Positions 63,257 through 64,000 of a stretch of 64,000 nucleotides of DNA are shown one piece after another. Position 1 is the stretch's first letter. The number at the start of each line of letters is the position of its first letter. The notes beneath the pieces were generated by a model, which saw only the letters and a program-made list of their open reading frames with translations, was not told the DNA's origin and did not search any database. The DNA is from Candidatus Binatia bacterium (GTDB taxonomy: Bacteria > Desulfobacterota > Binatia > UBA9968). The stretch covers positions 14,958 to 78,957 of the forward strand of contig DATBLC010000344.1 in the NCBI GenBank assembly GCA_036555515.1, in the 5' to 3' direction. A program made the position numbers and the translations under genes.

Positions 63257-64000
63257 TTAAAGCTTGAAGCCCGCTTGTTCAATGCCCTCTTTCAAATCGG
63301 CCCGCTCCTTGTCGCTGAAGGGCGGCGTTTCCCAGCGCGGGAAGCGCTCGACCGGCAGGCCGCGCAACTTCATCAATTCACAGAAGACGCCGCGCCCATG
63401 GGTGCGCAGGTACTTGCCAACCACCTGCATCAACCGGGTAAGCAGGTCGTGTTCCTTTTGCGCGGCCTTGAGGTCGCCCGATTTCAAAGCTTCGTACATT
63501 TTCACGCAGGTCTCTGGAAACGGAGTCGAGGGCGGATGAATCGCGCCGCGCACGCCCACCGAGTAGCCCGAGTACAGGGAAAATATGCCCCCGGGGAAAA
63601 CGCCCACGGACTTGGGCAGCTGGTAGACATATCCCAATAGCTTGTCGAAGGCGATGAAAGAGACCTTGATGCCCGCCAACGGATTGGGCACAATGGCTTC
63701 GATGATCTTGTTTGCCTTCGCTGGCGTGATTTCAACCCAAGTGGTTTCAGTATTGTCGTAGATGAACATCGGCACGCCGGGCACGCTTCTGGCAATCGCT
63801 TTGTAGTGCGCGTACACTTCCCAGTCGTCGTGCGGATAATAATACGGCGGCACGACGCCGATGGCGTCCACGCCCAAGCCCGCCGCGTGTTTCGCGAGTT
63901 CAATGGAAGACAGGGTATTGGCGGTGCCGATGTGCATAACCACTGGCACGCGGTTTTTTACGCGATTGACGATTTGCTCCGCCATTTTCTTGCGCTCCTC
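63257..64000 (-). CDS. Dihydrodipicolinate synthase/N-acetylneuraminate lyase-family class I aldolase (5' end beyond the window)
   Basis: VPVVMHIGTANT, GVVPPYYY, and AGIKVS with the Schiff-base Lys. The ORF stays open to the window edge. Confidence 0.78.
   Translation of the reverse strand, partial: EERKKMAEQIVNRVKNRVPVVMHIGTANTLSSIELAKHAAGLGVDAIGVVPPYYYPHDDWEVYAHYKAIARSVPGVPMFIYDNTETTWVEITPAKANKIIEAIVPNPLAGIKVSFIAFDKLLGYVYQLPKSVGVFPGGIFSLYSGYSVGVRGAIHPPSTPFPETCVKMYEALKSGDLKAAQKEHDLLTRLMQVVGKYLRTHGRGVFCELMKLRGLPVERFPRWETPPFSDKERADLKEGIEQAGFKL

Overview
About 60% GC, densely coding chromosomal segment from a Gram-negative, probably uncultivated bacterium. Gene content and repeat style resemble Methylomirabilota/Rokubacteria or Deltaproteobacteria, but that is inference only. 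I can support about 60 protein genes and one tRNA-Leu(CAG). Housekeeping blocks: PBP1A plus a lipoprotein, tsaD, rsmA, mutM, ilvD; queF, dnaB; rimP-nusA-ylxR-infB-DUF503-rbfA; valS-nadC-birA-coaX and an EF-G paralog. A 10-kb minus-strand Mo/W-enzyme block runs MobA-MoaD fusion, tungsten-type aldehyde:ferredoxin oxidoreductase, then a selenocysteine formate dehydrogenase operon (fdnG with in-frame TGA and a SECIS-like hairpin, fdnH, NrfD-type anchor, fdhE). Also present: TctCBA transporter, AsmA, a sigma54-type two-component pair with thiE, a quinone block (ispB-like, ubiE, membrane protein, cytochrome c), an orphan nuoB, and a 10-kb accessory metabolic region (two amidohydrolase_2 genes, GGT, dehydrogenase, LLM oxidoreductase, PCD, UbiD-family decarboxylase, heme-oxygenase-like protein, DHDPS-family aldolase). 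I found no CRISPR array, defence island, prophage, transposase, reverse transcriptase or rRNA. The most unusual content is non-coding. It is a layered set of structured intergenic repeats: a ~245-bp TIR element in 3 copies, one carrying a 230-bp GC-rich structured insert; GTTCAA-array hairpins at 12 or more loci; an element that starts on the TAG stop codons of two genes; and a nested element with perfect 18-bp TIRs. Protein-level oddities: an LpoP-like lipoprotein next to the PBP, an EF-G paralog lacking the catalytic His, the MobA-MoaD fusion, two paralogous HO-like proteins, and an unannotated 59-aa ORF. All functional calls rest on motif recognition by eye; no searches were run.
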